From NCBI RefSeq assembly GCF_036323395.1, contig NZ_AP028907.1, positions 1,920,001 to 1,952,000 on the forward strand: DNA of 32,000 nt, written 5' to 3'. Both the position numbers and the translations under genes were made by a program. This DNA is from Pyrodictium abyssi (lineage in GTDB: Archaea > Thermoproteota > Thermoprotei_A > Sulfolobales > Pyrodictiaceae). Of the stretch, positions 1 to 8,903 are shown piece by piece (position 1 is the first letter of the stretch; the number at the start of each line of letters is the position of its first letter). The notes under the pieces are model-generated. The model did not search any database. It worked only from the letters and a program-made list of their open reading frames with translations, and had not been told where the DNA came from.

Positions 1-245
1 ATACTCTTAGGAATAATTCGTGAAGACACCAACTCTATACAGATGGTACTCCTCTTCCTATAGCGACTAAAGAATGCAACGGCTAAAACAAACAAACTTA
101 GAAGTACGTATGCATGTTCATGAAATCGTCTAAGAGGCTGCACTACTGCTAATATGGGGATCCCGAGCCCGTTCGCTAATAGTAGAGCGGCCACGGCTAA
201 GGGGAGAAGGGCGTGCCTTCTCAAGCCCAGCTGTTCCCGCAGCAT
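1..245 (-). CDS. partial hydrophobic membrane protein, truncated by window edge
   Basis: Manual reverse-strand reading from ATG at 243-245 stays open to position 1: MLREQLGLRRHALLPLAVAALLLANGLGIPILAVVQPLRRFHEHAYVLLSLFVLAVAFF...; two hydrophobic segments. Not in ORF track because it has no stop in the window. Confidence 0.4.
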   Translation of the reverse strand, partial: MLREQLGLRRHALLPLAVAALLLANGLGIPILAVVQPLRRFHEHAYVLLSLFVLAVAFFSRYRKRSTICIELVSSRIIPKS

Positions 246-381
246 AGTCTCTGATTGACGTAGCAGATAGAGAGGGTTGAGCGAAAGCTCTGTACAAAGC
301 TTGAGACTAACGACAAGCCACAAACATTATACATGCAAAGAATACGGCAATGTGTTTGTAATGGCTGTAATTATCTTCTGC

Positions 382-747
382 CTAGGCTCTCGAGACTTTC
401 ACGTAGACCTTCTCGGTCGGTGTAAGCTCTAGCTTCTCGCTAGCTCTTATTATGAAGAGTAGGCCGCCTATAGAGATCAGTACGGCTTTCTTACCACCCT
501 CGTCTTTCATAGTAACCACGGTGCCACGTCCCACAAAGTCCTCCCCATCCTTATACTCGGGGAGACTCCTGGATACAGTTACCTCAACCTCTGTTCCGGG
601 CTCATAGACTACAAGGTCCTTATGGAGGTCCATCTCTACCTCGTAGTTACCGTCTAGGCTCTTTATCCGTGCCAGAAACATCTTAGGTATAAGCTCTGGC
701 TCAACGGACTCGACTCTTCCTTTGAACTCCACTATGGTGTCTGCCAA
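382..747 (-). CDS. rpo8: DNA-directed RNA polymerase subunit Rpo8/RpoG (Rpb8-like)
   Basis: 121 aa; pattern 'DFVGRGTVVTMKDEGGKKAVLISIGGLLFIIR' resembles the crenarchaeal Rpb8-like subunit; OB-fold-like size and composition. Confidence 0.7.
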   Translation of the reverse strand: MADTIVEFKGRVESVEPELIPKMFLARIKSLDGNYEVEMDLHKDLVVYEPGTEVEVTVSRSLPEYKDGEDFVGRGTVVTMKDEGGKKAVLISIGGLLFIIRASEKLELTPTEKVYVKVSRA

Positions 748-886
748 CCTCGTATTACACCCTGGCTGTATCGCGTGTATTAACAGAGCTAAAATTCTAC
801 ACCCCTATGCTGCTAGCAATAGCGGCCCCGAATAGCCGTATTTAAAAATCCCAATTGATGCTACTAAGGGATGTGGTGCGGAAGTA

Positions 887-1345
887 GTGGCCTCAGTAAT
901 GGCCCCTTCTGCGGCTAGGCGCTTGCTTGCCGAGCTCAACCACCTTGTAGGAAAACGCGTTGAGATAATACTCGTTGACGGGCGCAAGTATTCTGGGACG
1001 CTTCTCGGCTTCGACCATCCAGAGATGAACATAGTGCTCAGCGACGTTGAGGCCGGGGAAGAGAAAATACCCAGAGTATTTATAATGGGGCGGGTTATAG
1101 CCGAGATAAGAGCCTACGAGACAACACTGTTCGATCCACGCGAGTTCGCAAACTACGTGGCCAAGAAGCTAGGTCTCCGCCCTGATGCGATAAAGGTGTT
1201 CCAGGACGCAGGTGTAGTAGTCATATACAACAGCATCCGTGTAACCGCAAACGGTGTAGAAGGGGCGGGCCCTCTAGTGGCGAAGGTAAACTACGTGCTA
1301 AAGGAGTATCTTGAGGCTAAGAGGAGGGGAGAACAGCCCCATTGA
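887..1345 (+). CDS. archaeal Sm/LSm-like RNA-binding protein with C-terminal extension (SmAP3-type)
   Basis: N-terminal Sm1/Sm2-like pattern 'LNHLVGKRVEIILVDGRKYSGTLLGFDHPEMNIVLSDV...IPRVFIMGRVIAEI' followed by an extra domain of about 80 aa. Confidence 0.85.
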   Translation: MASVMAPSAARRLLAELNHLVGKRVEIILVDGRKYSGTLLGFDHPEMNIVLSDVEAGEEKIPRVFIMGRVIAEIRAYETTLFDPREFANYVAKKLGLRPDAIKVFQDAGVVVIYNSIRVTANGVEGAGPLVAKVNYVLKEYLEAKRRGEQPH

Positions 1346-2913
1346 GCAGGGTAGGAGTTTTTGAAATAAGGGACAAAGACCTAGCAGGTAGAATAGGTAG
1401 ACTTCATACGCCACACGGTGTGCTTGAGACTCCGGCGCTACTACCAGTAATAGACATAGCAAGGCAAGAGGTGCCAATCGAGGATATAGAATCCCTAGGC
1501 TTTAGAGCAGTTATAACCAACGCTTACCTTCTCTGGAAGCGTATGAGGAGTAGAGCTATAGAGCGCGGCGTCCACGGCATACTAGGCTTCAACGGCATAG
1601 TGATGACAGATTCTGGCGCATACCAGATACTACAGTATGGAAAAGTAGACATAAAGCCGCGCGACGTTATAGAGTTCCAGAAGAGTATAGGCAGCGACAT
1701 AGCCGTAATCCTGGACATACCCACTGGCAACGCGAGAGACCCGGAGCAAGCACGCTATAGCGTCGAGGAGACACTCAGACGTGCACAGGAAGCCCTAGAC
1801 CACATAGACGATGATAGAATATGGACTCTACCTGTACAGGGAGGCCCCTTCCGCGACCTACTCGAGAAAAGCGCCAGGGAGTCGGCAAAGATACCACGCT
1901 ACCGGCTATACGCTCTAGGAAGCCCAACAGTTCTCCTAGAGAGGTACGACTATGCAACACTAGTAGAAATGATATACACAGCGAGACTACACCTCCCGAG
2001 AAGCAAGCCACTCCATCTATTCGGAGCAGGCCACCCCATGGTAATCCCCTTCGCAGTAGCACTTGGGGTAGACATGTTCGACTCAGCGTCATACATACTG
2101 TATGCACGAGACAACAGGTATATGACGCTGAGTAGGACATACCGGCTCGACAAGCTAGAATACCTCCCCTGCAGCTGCCCCGTATGCAGCAAGTACACGT
2201 CCAAGGATCTCCGAGAAATGCCCAAACACGAACGTACAAGATTACTAGCGCTACACAATCTATACGTGCTGAGGACGGCGATAAACGAGGTAAAAACCGC
2301 CATAAAAGAAGGCAGGCTCTGGGAGCTACTGGAGGAGAAAAGCAGAGCACACCCCTCGCTAGCAAAGGCCTTCAGCAGGTTCGCACGCTACAGCAAGACG
2401 CTTGCACGCCTCACACCAAGGGTCAAGGGGGCTACAACAAAAGGAGTATTCCTATACGGTAGCGAGAGCCTACACAACCCCAAGCTGGTCATCCACCGTG
2501 AGAGGCTGGCAAAGTACTACCAGCCAAGGAAGACCAGAGCCGTGTTAATACCAGTAGACCCAGCAGAGAAGCCATTCACATCTTCCAGGCTATACAGGGC
2601 TGCACTAGCAGAATATGGTGGAGAAGACACCCATATAGTAGGGTATAGCTTGTACATAGGCGTCATACCCGAAGAGCTTGCTGAGACGTATCCCCTTTCA
2701 CAGTACGAGCTGAATGATGCCGCCTACCCGGAAGTAGTAGAGCAATCAGCACGCTACATAGCAGACTACATACAGAGAAACAAGAACATATACCGATACG
2801 TAGTGATCACAAAGTGCTCCAAGATACGGTGGAGCAGCAAGATAGCAGACATTGTGGCAAGCATTCTAAAAGAGGCAGGCCTAGACGTGGAGACTAAAGA
2901 ACTAGAATGCTAG
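1342..2913 (+). CDS. tgtA: archaeosine tRNA-guanine(15) transglycosylase
   Basis: Motifs 'LHTPHGVLETPALLPVIDI', 'VMTDSGAYQI', 'DIAVILDIPTG', 'PVQGG', zinc site 'CSCPVCSKYT...LLALHNL'. Start overlaps the upstream LSm gene by 4 bp. Confidence 0.93.
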   Translation: MSRVGVFEIRDKDLAGRIGRLHTPHGVLETPALLPVIDIARQEVPIEDIESLGFRAVITNAYLLWKRMRSRAIERGVHGILGFNGIVMTDSGAYQILQYGKVDIKPRDVIEFQKSIGSDIAVILDIPTGNARDPEQARYSVEETLRRAQEALDHIDDDRIWTLPVQGGPFRDLLEKSARESAKIPRYRLYALGSPTVLLERYDYATLVEMIYTARLHLPRSKPLHLFGAGHPMVIPFAVALGVDMFDSASYILYARDNRYMTLSRTYRLDKLEYLPCSCPVCSKYTSKDLREMPKHERTRLLALHNLYVLRTAINEVKTAIKEGRLWELLEEKSRAHPSLAKAFSRFARYSKTLARLTPRVKGATTKGVFLYGSESLHNPKLVIHRERLAKYYQPRKTRAVLIPVDPAEKPFTSSRLYRAALAEYGGEDTHIVGYSLYIGVIPEELAETYPLSQYELNDAAYPEVVEQSARYIADYIQRNKNIYRYVVITKCSKIRWSSKIADIVASILKEAGLDVETKELEC

Positions 2914-2934
2914 GAATAAGACAAGCCCTCCACA

Positions 2935-3681
2935 CTACATGTAAGCACGCTCGCTGTTTGGCGGCGTTAGCATCTCCCTCTGCTGCTGCTCCATCATAGT
3001 TATCATCTCTTCTACCTTCTTAGCCTGTTCAAGTAGCTCGTCAACGCTGAACTCTAAGCCGTATATCTCGTTTATCTTCTCTATAGCCACGGCGGCAGCT
3101 CTAGGATCGGGACGAGCGGCCTCAGTGTACGGTAGCACAGCAAGCGCCGGGTACCCTCTGACCTCTGCGTGGAAGAGGAGAAGCGCCAAAGGACCTACAA
3201 CGTAGAGGCCCTTATCCATGCGCGGCTCCTCGAGAACACGGCTATACGAAGAGGTGGCTATCCAGCGGAGCTTCTCATCGCCTTGCTTGAACCTCGAATC
3301 GAATCCTCCTATCAGCACAGCCTCCTTAACGCCTATGCTCTGGAGGAAGTCCACTATAGCCTCGGTAAAGCGGCTACGCTCCTGGACAACGGGTATGTCG
3401 TGGTTCACCAGGAGCACTATACGCTTGCCAGCACTCTCACAGCTATACAGGGTAAAGGGGCCTACAACACCCCGCGAGCTGGGTGTAACCGCCTCCGGCA
3501 TATACTTGGTTATAACGTAGCCCGCCTCACGGCACTCGGCTGTATCGGCCAGATGTAGCGTAGCGATATACCCTACAGCGCCGTACCCCTTAAACCCGGT
3601 TATAAAGAGGTCAGCGCCGGTAAGCTCTTCAGAATAGGCTATCCTGATAGTCTTAAACCGGTGTACAGCGAACCCGCTCAC
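2935..3681 (-). CDS. PAC2 family protein (proteasome assembly chaperone-like)
   Basis: 'ELTGADLFITGFKGYGAVGYIATLHLADTAECREAGYVITKYMP', 'VLIGGFDSRF'. Track ORF runs to 3801, but GTG at 3681 follows a GAGGTG Shine-Dalgarno-like site and abuts the upstream gene. Confidence 0.75.
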   Translation of the reverse strand: MSGFAVHRFKTIRIAYSEELTGADLFITGFKGYGAVGYIATLHLADTAECREAGYVITKYMPEAVTPSSRGVVGPFTLYSCESAGKRIVLLVNHDIPVVQERSRFTEAIVDFLQSIGVKEAVLIGGFDSRFKQGDEKLRWIATSSYSRVLEEPRMDKGLYVVGPLALLLFHAEVRGYPALAVLPYTEAARPDPRAAAVAIEKINEIYGLEFSVDELLEQAKKVEEMITMMEQQQREMLTPPNSERAYM

Positions 3682-3682
3682 A

Positions 3683-4207
3683 CTACTGCACCTCTCCCCT
3701 ACTGGCTGTACTCTGCTCGGCGAACTTACGTATACGGATAGCCTCGCCCCAGCACCCCTCCTCAAGTATCTCTTCCGGGGCGAGGCGGAGCCTGCCGACA
3801 CCTATTAGCAGCCCGTTCTCGTTCAAAACTATAACCTCGTCCCCTGCCAACAGCTCCGGGTCTAAGCGCTTAACCATCCAGCATGGAATGCTCTTACGCA
3901 GCTCCTCGGCCCCATTAGTAGCTATCCATGCACGGAGCCTAGGCTCGGGCAGCTTTAGGAGCCTGAGAGCACCGTTCACAGACAACGAGAACAAGTAGTC
4001 ATGAGCACGGATAACAGCTAGCAGTCCCTCCTCGCCATAGACCTCGCGGATCCTCCGCGTCCCCGGCGAGACGCCAACGACAGCATCCTCGGGTATAAGC
4101 AGGTCTCCAGCCGGGTAGCCAAACTGGTAGTCGGCAATACCCCTAAGACGGTCTATCTCCTCCCGGGTCGCTGGCCTGAGTATCATGCCCGGTATAGCCC
4201 CCAGCAC
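3683..4207 (-). CDS. PUA-domain-like predicted RNA-binding protein
   Basis: C-terminal 'IPCWMVKRLDPELLAGDEVIVLNENGLLIGVGRLRLAPEEI' resembles a PUA domain; adjoins the PAC2-like gene. Confidence 0.55.
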   Translation of the reverse strand: MLGAIPGMILRPATREEIDRLRGIADYQFGYPAGDLLIPEDAVVGVSPGTRRIREVYGEEGLLAVIRAHDYLFSLSVNGALRLLKLPEPRLRAWIATNGAEELRKSIPCWMVKRLDPELLAGDEVIVLNENGLLIGVGRLRLAPEEILEEGCWGEAIRIRKFAEQSTASRGEVQ

Positions 4208-4279
4208 AAACTCACTAGCAGAAACCAGGAGAGCAACGACCCACAGGAGCAGGGGTATATAGAGGATAGGAGACCGGAG

Positions 4280-4405
4280 TGGTGGGCCCGCCGGGATTTG
4301 AACCCGGGACCACGGGGTCCCGAGTCGGGCACACCCCCGCCTTCACGGCGCGGGTCCGGCGGGGCTGTGTGTACCCCGCATCCTACCAAGCTAGACGACG
4401 GGCCC
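4280..4405 (-). tRNA. tRNA-Pro(CGG) with intron and genome-encoded CCA
   Basis: Acceptor GGGCCCG/CGGGCCC, D-arm GTCTAGCTTGGTAGGAT, T-arm CCGGG-TTCAAAT-CCCGG, anticodon stem CGGGG/CCCCG. A loop T-TCGGG-A is rebuilt by removing about 49 nt between positions 32 and 33. CCA is encoded at 4280-4282. Confidence 0.85.
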
Positions 4406-4635
4406 ACCCACGCGCCTCCAGGCTCCACTTTGGGTTCCCGGAAAGGTAGTGGCCAGTGTTATTTGCGTTTCTGGAGCTCCGCTCAATTATTTAACGTGTG
4501 TTGTTTACTAGAGTGTGTAGTGGTTAGCGTGTCGGTAGACAACGAAAGTATTTGTGGCCTTGGCTCTGGCTATGAGAGAGGCTGTACGACGGGTTTTTAT
4601 GGGTAAATAATGTTATAGATAACCTGGGAGAAGTA

Positions 4636-4992
4636 TTGCCTAGCAATATGACTGATATAAGCTCTCTTGCAAACCTGATAGAGCTGGCACAGACCAACCC
4701 GCAGCTGGCTACAGCCATAGTTATACAGCTCTTGCTAGGATTCGCAGCAGGCTACTACATGGCCAAGGTCGCGAAATACGTCATGGCGCTTGTCGGAGTA
4801 TTCGTGCTGGGCTCGCTTATAGGCGCATGGGGCGCTTCGGGGAGTGTTGAGGACGCTGTGTCAAGAATACAGAATATAGCTGAGTTCAAAGACATGGCAA
4901 TGAACATAATAAAGATGTTCGGCTTCCTAATGGTAGGGCCAACAGCTATAGGCTTCCTAGCTGGCTTAATAGTAGGCCTTACACGCAAATAA
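4636..4992 (+). CDS. small multi-spanning membrane protein of unknown function
   Basis: 118 aa with hydrophobic segments ('LATAIVIQLLLGFAAGYYMAKV', 'YVMALVGVFVLGSLIGAWGA', 'GFLMVGPTAIGFLAGLIVGL'). Confidence 0.6.
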   Translation: MPSNMTDISSLANLIELAQTNPQLATAIVIQLLLGFAAGYYMAKVAKYVMALVGVFVLGSLIGAWGASGSVEDAVSRIQNIAEFKDMAMNIIKMFGFLMVGPTAIGFLAGLIVGLTRK

Positions 4993-5297
4993 CCGCCTCT
5001 ACATGTTTTTGCCAGCCCTAGATTACCTGGGGCCTCTAATCCTTAAGCCCGGGAGGAATACAATGTGTGGCATCGCCTTCTCGGTAGCTGTCAACCCGAT
5101 AGCCCGGGGTCTGTTCCCGCATCGCAACACAGACAAGAAGACGTCATGACGCACTACGTAGCTCCAAGTCGGTGTCGTAGCAATTGGACGAGGAGCGCAG
5201 AGGCACAGGGGCGCAGTCATAGTAGCACTTACAAGAGACCAGGCTTGTGTGCAGCTGCGGTCACCAAAGCTGCAAGAAACCGGAACCTGGGGCCTGG

Positions 5298-5555
5298 CTA
5301 GATCTTGCCTTGTAGCTCGGCGTCCAGAACTTCTAGGCTCTTACACTTGTCCTTTATCGACTTTACGAACTCTATGCCCTCGTCAACATTGTCAAACACT
5401 ATCGTGTAGAGGTAGCGTGGTGTCCGCGCCTTAACCTTCAGAACCTTTATCCTCTTTGCACCCTCCTCTGTCTCAACTCTCCTATAACCTAGCTTTACAC
5501 GGCACCCACTAGCCCTCTCAAGCACCTTGATGAATTCATCCCTGCTCTTAAGCTC
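5298..5555 (-). CDS. rpl38e: ribosomal protein L38e-like
   Basis: 'MPVELKSRDEFIKVLERASGCRVKLG...KVLKVKARTPRYLYTIVFDNVDEGIEFVKSI' matches the L38e pattern. Track ORF extends to 5642; the start near 5555-5565 (MPVELK) is approximate. Confidence 0.65.
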   Translation of the reverse strand, partial: ELKSRDEFIKVLERASGCRVKLGYRRVETEEGAKRIKVLKVKARTPRYLYTIVFDNVDEGIEFVKSIKDKCKSLEVLDAELQGKI

Positions 5556-5750
5556 GACCGGCATACTCCAACCCCAACCCGCCCGGAAGCACCAGCTTCC
5601 CTCTTTAAAGGGAACTCCTCCTTTAGCTACCTTGGATGCCAAGAGAGTTTGAGCCTAGGAAGGCTGCATCCCTTGCAATGGGTCCCGGGGGGCAACATCA
5701 CGTTCTGATAGAAGAGTGCAGTGAGGTTGGGGGAAGGCCCGCAGCTGGGG

Positions 5751-5805
5751 TGGAGCCGCCGCCGGGATTCGAACCCGGGACCTCCGCCTTACCAGGGCGG
5801 CGTCC
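5751..5805 (-). tRNA. 3' fragment of tRNA-Thr(GGU), putative attL
   Basis: Reverse strand: GGAC C CCGCC.. region through anticodon stem-loop CCGCC-CTGGTAA-GGCGG, T-arm CCGGG-TTCGAAT-CCCGG, acceptor 3' strand CGGCGGC, T73, CCA. The 5' acceptor strand and D-arm are absent (replaced by ...GACACCCCACG). Confidence 0.75.
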
Positions 5806-5814
5806 CGTGGGGTG

Positions 5815-6708
5815 TCAAGCGTCGAGGATCCGGTTCACGAGGGGTTCTAGGGCGGGGCGGTACCATTTCTCGTAGATGTGGAGTATGTCTGCCTTGTTGT
5901 AGTGTTCCTCGAATACGTCTCTGGGGGCGTGCCCCTGGAGCAGCTTTATCGCCCACTTGGGTGTGCCGTGTAGTGCTAGCGCGGTTGCGAAGGCACGGCG
6001 GAAGTCGTAGACCGTGACCAGTGGCTCGTCCTCCCTCTGTACGCTGTGCAGCGTCTCGCGTAGCTTCGAGTAGCTCGGCGGCCTGACGCCTAGGCTCGCC
6101 GCGGCCTCGAGGCGGCTGTAGAGCCGCTCCGTCAGCAGCGTGGCGTAGGCCCTCTTAGTGGCCCGGTCGTCGAAGAGCCTGAGGCCCGGCACGGCCCCGA
6201 AGTGCCTCACGAGGCTCCTGGGCATGGCCCTCCACGCGGCGTAGGCCTCGGACGGGCGTAGGCCTGTCGCCAGCAGCAGCGCCAGGAAGACGCGGTAGTT
6301 GCTCGGCCGGAGCCGGGCAGCCCTTGCCGCCACCTCGACCACGCGCTCCACGAACTCCGGGTCACCCAGTACCTCGAGGGCGAGGCTCCGCGGGTTGCCG
6401 CCGGCCAGCCGCCTCCTCCGCAGCATTGCTGAGACCCATAGCCGCTTCTCCTCCCACTCATCCAGCAGCCCGAGGTACTCGGCTAGCCAGCCCAGCGCAG
6501 CGAGGACCTTCTCGCGCTTAGCCCTGCTCAGCGTCCGGACCTCGACGAGAACCCGTCGCCGGTCCTCGAAGAGCAGCCTCCAGTACCCCTGCTTCATAGT
6601 GTAGCGCATATAGTCCTCGACACGCTTACGGCTAAGCCCCATACCCTCCAGATACGCCCGGAACCCCTCCCAGTCTATGCTAACCATTTTCTGGCCCGCG
6701 GCTCTCAT
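5815..6708 (-). CDS. int: tyrosine recombinase / archaeal integrase (intact)
   Basis: 'LLATGLRPSEAYAAW' (Arg I), 'TVYDFRRAFATALALHGTPKWAIKLLQGH' and 'EEHYNK' (catalytic Arg/His/Tyr boxes); next to the tRNA fragment. Confidence 0.88.
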   Translation of the reverse strand: MRAAGQKMVSIDWEGFRAYLEGMGLSRKRVEDYMRYTMKQGYWRLLFEDRRRVLVEVRTLSRAKREKVLAALGWLAEYLGLLDEWEEKRLWVSAMLRRRRLAGGNPRSLALEVLGDPEFVERVVEVAARAARLRPSNYRVFLALLLATGLRPSEAYAAWRAMPRSLVRHFGAVPGLRLFDDRATKRAYATLLTERLYSRLEAAASLGVRPPSYSKLRETLHSVQREDEPLVTVYDFRRAFATALALHGTPKWAIKLLQGHAPRDVFEEHYNKADILHIYEKWYRPALEPLVNRILDA

Positions 6709-6889
6709 GGCTCCCGCCGTGGCGTATATGCTGTATTTAGCGTGCGTTATCGCTATCGGTAATTGTTTCTACTACAGCTATCTTCCAGCCGTAAATACGT
6801 TGTATAGAACATGTCCTTGCCCATCCTGCGGCTGGCCATGTGCCTGGAGGGAGATGGCGTAGGTTGGTAAAAACCGAGCCAGCTGGACA

Positions 6890-7135
6890 CTATGTTCTTG
6901 CCCTAAGCATAAGCTTCGATAAAACCAGAACTATTACCGCGAGCACTACGCCGCTTAGCGATAACATATCGCATGCTGCGCCAAGCAGGAGTAAGAACAT
7001 ACCATCCCTAATGGCTCTATAAGCTCGTTGTTTCGCCTCCTCAAGGTCTAGGTAGTCATCGAGGCTTTTTGCAAGCAGCTCTGTACCCTCTAGTAGGAAA
7101 ACCATGATGCCTATTGCTTCAAGCCCCTTACCCAC
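6890..7135 (-). CDS. small membrane protein; frame open further upstream to about 7282
   Basis: 81 aa with two hydrophobic segments. The same frame continues upstream ('GLGLSEILSLLADPLSRIARYSYAILVGVIVAIIVYYRSFFLPDAVGKGLEA'), adding another apparent TM segment, so the true start may be non-canonical. Confidence 0.45.
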   Translation of the reverse strand: MGKGLEAIGIMVFLLEGTELLAKSLDDYLDLEEAKQRAYRAIRDGMFLLLLGAACDMLSLSGVVLAVIVLVLSKLMLRART

Positions 7136-7301
7136 TGCATCAGGGAGGAAAAAGCTCCTGTAGTAGACGATTATCGCAACTATGACTCCTACTAGGATTG
7201 CATAAGAATACCTTGCTATGCGTGATAGAGGGTCAGCTAACAGTGAGAGTATCTCGCTTAAGCCTAGACCACCCCGTTCTATCTATGCACACTAGTCGAT
7301 C

Positions 7302-7625
7302 CTACACGTCTGCGAATCTTTCCTCTATTAGCCTCTCTTGTTCGTCTATACATCTTTTTACAGCATCTAGTACTCTGGTAAGGCATTGCTTAAGTTCGCT
7401 TGGTAGTTCCCCTTCTACCTCTAGCTTGTAGGTACAAGACTCTAGGTTGTCGTATTTTAGGGCACATGCATAGAACTCTGAAAGCTTTTGGAACCAATTA
7501 CTGCTCAGCACGTCTTTGAAGACCTTATAGCACTCTGGACAGCATTGTAGCAGACTAGTTTTAGATAGCGTCGACGAGATACATGAGCCTCGCGATGACC
7601 TTTTGAGCATATCTTGCAGATCCAT
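7302..7625 (-). CDS. hypothetical protein, Cys-containing helical
   Basis: 107 aa, plausible composition; cysteines in 'CCPECYKVF...CALKYDNLESC...LKQCLTRVLDAVKRC'. Confidence 0.45.
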   Translation of the reverse strand: MDLQDMLKRSSRGSCISSTLSKTSLLQCCPECYKVFKDVLSSNWFQKLSEFYACALKYDNLESCTYKLEVEGELPSELKQCLTRVLDAVKRCIDEQERLIEERFADV

Positions 7626-7918
7626 GTTCTCACCTTCTCACGCAGGCGTATATAGAATAGCAGTGCATGCTTAAAGCAGCTTAGGGGACAGAGTTATGCT
7701 ATTACCTCGTGCTTGATGGCAGAGAAGTAGAGAGACGAAAGATTGTCTGTTAGTACTGTCCTCGAATGCACCAGTCCGTTCTGCTAATGCAAGCTTGTCT
7801 ACATAATAATCAGCAGATCCAAGATCGGACAAGTGGGCAGACTAGTCGCTGGGTGAAAGCTTATTGGGTCTGCGGACTAGTATTATAATGATGGAATAGC
7901 AAAGGGAGGAGACAACGC

Positions 7919-8263
7919 GTGATAGAGGAAGCGATTATAGGATTGGTCTCTGGCATGCTGCTAGGCCTGGGATTCGCTGAAGAGGCAAAACTATTGAGAG
8001 CTATGGGTACACTTCTAGAACCTATAGGACTCATTGTAATTGTTAACAGATATGTGAACTATATGAGCTACACTAGCATGGTCACTTTTAGTGGCATAGC
8101 TGCTACCGTTAACATGACCGTTAACATGATAGCGGATCTCATTCTGTATATATTCATCACGTTTCTAGGCTCTGCTATAACGGCAATACCAGTAAAGTTC
8201 CTTGAGAAGGGCGGGTACATGTTAGGGAGTAGTCTCCGAGGGCTCTATGACTATGACCTCTAA
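7919..8263 (+). CDS. small membrane protein
   Basis: 114 aa with hydrophobic segments; GGGAGGAG Shine-Dalgarno-like sequence just upstream (about 7900). Confidence 0.5.
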   Translation: MIEEAIIGLVSGMLLGLGFAEEAKLLRAMGTLLEPIGLIVIVNRYVNYMSYTSMVTFSGIAATVNMTVNMIADLILYIFITFLGSAITAIPVKFLEKGGYMLGSSLRGLYDYDL

Positions 8264-8398
8264 GAAGGGCTGCCATAGACCTCTCCTTATCTGGCTCCTT
8301 TTTTGCCATGAGATCTACTTCTATAATGCTGCTCTCGCTTGATCTGATGCCCCCATGGACCCTTCAGAGTGTTGATACACGTTATGCCACCTCTGTAT

Positions 8399-8713
8399 CT
8401 ATTCTATGCATATTGGCCATGGTCTGTCGAGCTGGTCGAATTCTAGCCTGAGTCTTGCTGCCCTTTTTCTGTCGTAGACGTAGATGCGGCGTGGCTGCTC
8501 CGCGTCACATGTCACTGTAGTCTTTTTCATTAGGAGGCCTATCTGGCGTAGCCTCTTTACGACGTGGTACTTCATGCCCCGCTCCGGGTCGTTCCTCCTT
8601 ATTTCTATGTAGCCTTTCTCCGCTAGCTCGGCTAGCACTTTGTTGCACATCTCTAGGGCCTTCTCCCCCTGGAAGAATATGGTGCAGAGCACCCAGTCCC
8701 GTGGGGCCTCCAC
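8399..8713 (-). CDS. winged-helix/HTH-like regulator
   Basis: 'VLAELAEKGYIEIRRNDPERGMKYHVVKRLRQIGLL' has a helix-turn-helix plus wing pattern. Confidence 0.5.
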   Translation of the reverse strand: MEAPRDWVLCTIFFQGEKALEMCNKVLAELAEKGYIEIRRNDPERGMKYHVVKRLRQIGLLMKKTTVTCDAEQPRRIYVYDRKRAARLRLEFDQLDRPWPICIE

Positions 8714-8728
8714 AGCCTATCCCTCCAC

Positions 8729-8789
8729 CAAAGAACGGGCTTACCGGGAGACGGCGCCCCGGGAAGCTGGGGCGTCAGCCCGTTCTTTG
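8729..8789. promoter_or_regulatory. 13-bp perfect inverted repeat enclosing an inner 8-bp stem
   Basis: CAAAGAACGGGCT (8729-8741) / AGCCCGTTCTTTG (8777-8789); inner GGCGCCCC...GGGGCGTC stem (one G-U) within the 35-nt spacer. Confidence 0.7.
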
Positions 8790-8903
8790 ACCGGTGTAAG
8801 CCGGCTCTTTGGCAGCAGAGGGGTCTGCGGTACTCTACCCGCCTACCACAAACCAGGGGTACGAGGACAGGCCTGTGTTCAAAGAAAAGACTGGCAGCGG
8901 AGG

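Noticed and set aside
1775-2462. ORFs overlapping tgtA on both strands
   Set aside because: tgtA is clearly coding with family motifs; the overlapping frames are low-quality.
4993-5290. Possible structured ncRNA between the small membrane protein and L38e-like gene
   Set aside because: No C/D box, SRP or RNase P hallmarks could be identified by eye.
5815-6708. SSV-type split integrase
   Set aside because: The ORF is intact and ends before the tRNA fragment, so the integrase is not disrupted by integration.
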